DNA of 64,000 nucleotides from Raja brachyura (lineage: Eukaryota), in the NCBI GenBank assembly GCA_963514005.1, contig OY740782.1, positions 71,424,001-71,488,000 on the forward strand, given 5' to 3'. This document shows, in pieces, positions 61,581 through 64,000 of this stretch (position 1 is the stretch's first letter; each line of letters opens with the position of its first letter). The notes below the pieces were generated by a model that was not told the origin of the DNA, made no database searches, and was given only the letters and a program-made list of their open reading frames with translations. The translations under genes and the position numbers were made by a program.

Positions 61581-63764
61581 TAGTATTTTAAAGTTAGGAG
61601 AAGATCCCAAGGAACTTAACAGTAGCATAATAATATGAAAATTGATACATTATGCTGGCCTACTTAGGTTCTCACTGATCTCCTCCATCCATCTAGTCCT
61701 GCAAATACCTTTTCCACACTCTGAATGCTCCTGGCGTTTTTTTCATGCTATCCTTTCATCAAAGATCACTTACTCCACCACCATGGCACTTTTATCCAGA
61801 AACCCATCCATTAATAATGTTTTTTTGTCAATTCCCTCCACCTGGCTGATCCTCCAAATTGTCAGAAATAATCATTTCCAACCCCATGGTACTTCCTCTC
61901 CATTTTACTTTCTTATCTCTTCTGCTTAGAATCTATTCCCTTCCTTTAAAGTTTGAGACATCACCCCGCATTAGTAAAATGTAACGTGTTGGCAATTTCA
62001 GCATCCATCATTTTAAATCTGACTTAAATTCAATTTTCTTCTGCTACAATGTAATACCAGCAGAGATTGCACTTGGAACTGTGAATCATCATGCAAATAA
62101 GATTAGACGTAAAAAAAAATTGCATGTTATTAGTACTTGGCACTGTGGCAGGTCTTAAAGCATTGTAAACAGAATAGAACTGTTTTACATCTAGAAATCA
62201 AATAAACATCCCAGAGGATTTGAATTTGGATTTAAATCCTTTTAGTAATAGAAAGGTTTTGAAACTGTCAAAAATGCAAACATACCCCCTTCTCTGTGCC
62301 ATTCCAACATTGCCTGTTTTGTTTCGTTTGCTACTGAATGTGTGGTTTGCGTTATCGTTTATAATAGTTATTGCATGAAGACTGGAACAATTTTGCACAT
62401 TTTAGGGTTGGTTAGAAAACAAGATTTCAATCAGGAAACTATGATGGATTTCCAGTGGGATTCCTGTTTTAGATTTATGCAATGAGAAAGATATTTGATG
62501 CAGATATAAACCATGAGGATAATATACAAAATGCCCATCATATGCCAATGCCATTCACCAATCGAAAGAACAATATGGACTGAAGAAGAAATTGATATAC
62601 AATACAGCAGCATCCATTCACATTGAGGTAACTGGGATAGATGACCTGCAATAAACAGTCCATTGTACAACTCACTCAGACCAAGTGCAGAAGGAACAGA
62701 AACTACAGAAACACCTCCCAATAATAGTAGTGTGATTGCTTCAAAACAATAAAGTGAGTAACGGATAGTTATATGCATAAAATCAATCTGTTGGTGTTGT
62801 AACTTTGGTCGCAAAGCCTGGTTAATAGGAAAAACATCTCCACCCTGCTTAGCTTTGTCGCTAAATGAAACCAGTTTGGAAATTACTAAAAAAGCATCCC
62901 AACCTATGAATAAAGGTTGTTAAAAGGTCCTGAGATTTAAAAAAAAGATTCACCAGTGTAATGGCAGAGGGAAAAATAAGTAAAAATGAAAACCTCTAGG
63001 CCAGCATTCTACCTCTACTCTACAGGCTGCCACCATCAGCCTTGCAATGCATGGGATGTTAACGGGGAAGGTTTTCCTCTGTACCACTTTACAGCACGAT
63101 CCCACAGAGCACCAATGCAGCATCATTGCAGGAGAACAATATCTGGTCTCAGACTGCAGTGAAGGATTACAGTTCCCTTACATGTATAACTCTACAAGAT
63201 ATGGTAGCTCCTGGTGCTTTTGTGACAAATGTTACAGTTTGGAATCTTTTTGCTGCCACTCCTCACCCTAGGAAAATTGGATTCTACAGATATCTTCCAA
63301 TTGTTTTTCCGGGTCCGATGGTGATCAATGGCAGCACCTTGACAGGTGCAGACAAACTGCGTTGGTGATTAAAGGGAGTGAAAGGGGATAATGGTGTGTT
63401 CTTGGTTTAGCAAGCGGATCCTAGTGGTTTTAAACTTTCCTGGTTTCTTCTGAATAAAGGAGGGTTAAAACTGAACCTGAAAATACGTGAGTGGTTTGAA
63501 TATCAACTTGCCAAGGCACAATCAAGTTCAAACGGTCCTTAAAATTCAGTAACTGTGTCTTGCGAGCATAATCAAATGGAAGCAAACTGATTAAACTACA
63601 GTAAATCTTACTTCCGTAATACGAATAACTTTACAGATGGAAACATTTCTTAATCAATCCTGTTTTATCACAGTCAGATAATATGAAAAACATTTTAAAT
63701 TCTGATCCACTACATAAAGCCAGGTACAATCTTAAACATGTTTACACACCTGTTTCCAATAAGG

Positions 63765-64000
63765 ATAAAAAGTGCTGGAGTAACACAGCGGATCAGGCAG
63801 CATCTCTGGAGAACATAGGCATGTGGCCTCACTATGGAGATGGAGGAGACCCAGGACTGAAATGGTTAGATCCAGCGGACTGAGCGCAACCATTAAGCGA
63901 AATGGCGACCAAATCTATGCCGATGTATAGTAGGCCAAATCAAGAACACCTGATGAAGTAGATCATAATCATAATCATAATCATAATCATACTTTATTAG
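63765..64000 (-). mobile_element. Penelope-like remnant followed by the (TATGAT)n tail of another LINE
   Basis: GTGCTGGAGTAACACAGCGGATCAGGCAGCATCTCTGGAG and a GIY-YIG-region remnant, then (ATCATA)n-ACTTTATT at the window end. Confidence 0.6.

Noticed and set aside
63047-63368. Cys-rich short ORFs as a possible host exon
   Set aside because: No recognisable domain and no convincing splice-site pair.

Overview
This is eukaryotic, AT-rich vertebrate DNA, most likely from an elasmobranch (skate, ray or shark), inferred from HE1/V-SINE-type tRNA SINEs and abundant CR1, Penelope and DIRS repeats. I recognise no host protein-coding gene. All long ORFs belong to decayed transposable elements: the 5' half of an L1 (1-3.4 kb), three DIRS tyrosine-recombinase retrotransposons (one with intact termini at 51.7-57.0 kb), CR1 and Rex1/L2-type LINE pieces and a Penelope-like RT + GIY-YIG element. 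Non-autonomous hAT, PIF/Harbinger and Helitron elements are also present, often nested. About 37-44 kb is TE-poor and may hold conserved non-coding elements. The most striking observation is a ~135-bp non-autonomous retroposon present twice (15302-15437 +, 60190-60324 -). Each copy has a target-site duplication and a (GAA)n-like tail, and its first 54 nt fold into a minimal HDV/CPEB3-type self-cleaving ribozyme whose predicted cleavage site coincides with the element's 5' end. Other notable signals are hammerhead-like cores in the Penelope-derived palindromes, and a U-UUU-UUA -1 frameshift site plus shared splice signals in the DIRS elements. All assignments were made by eye, without database searches.
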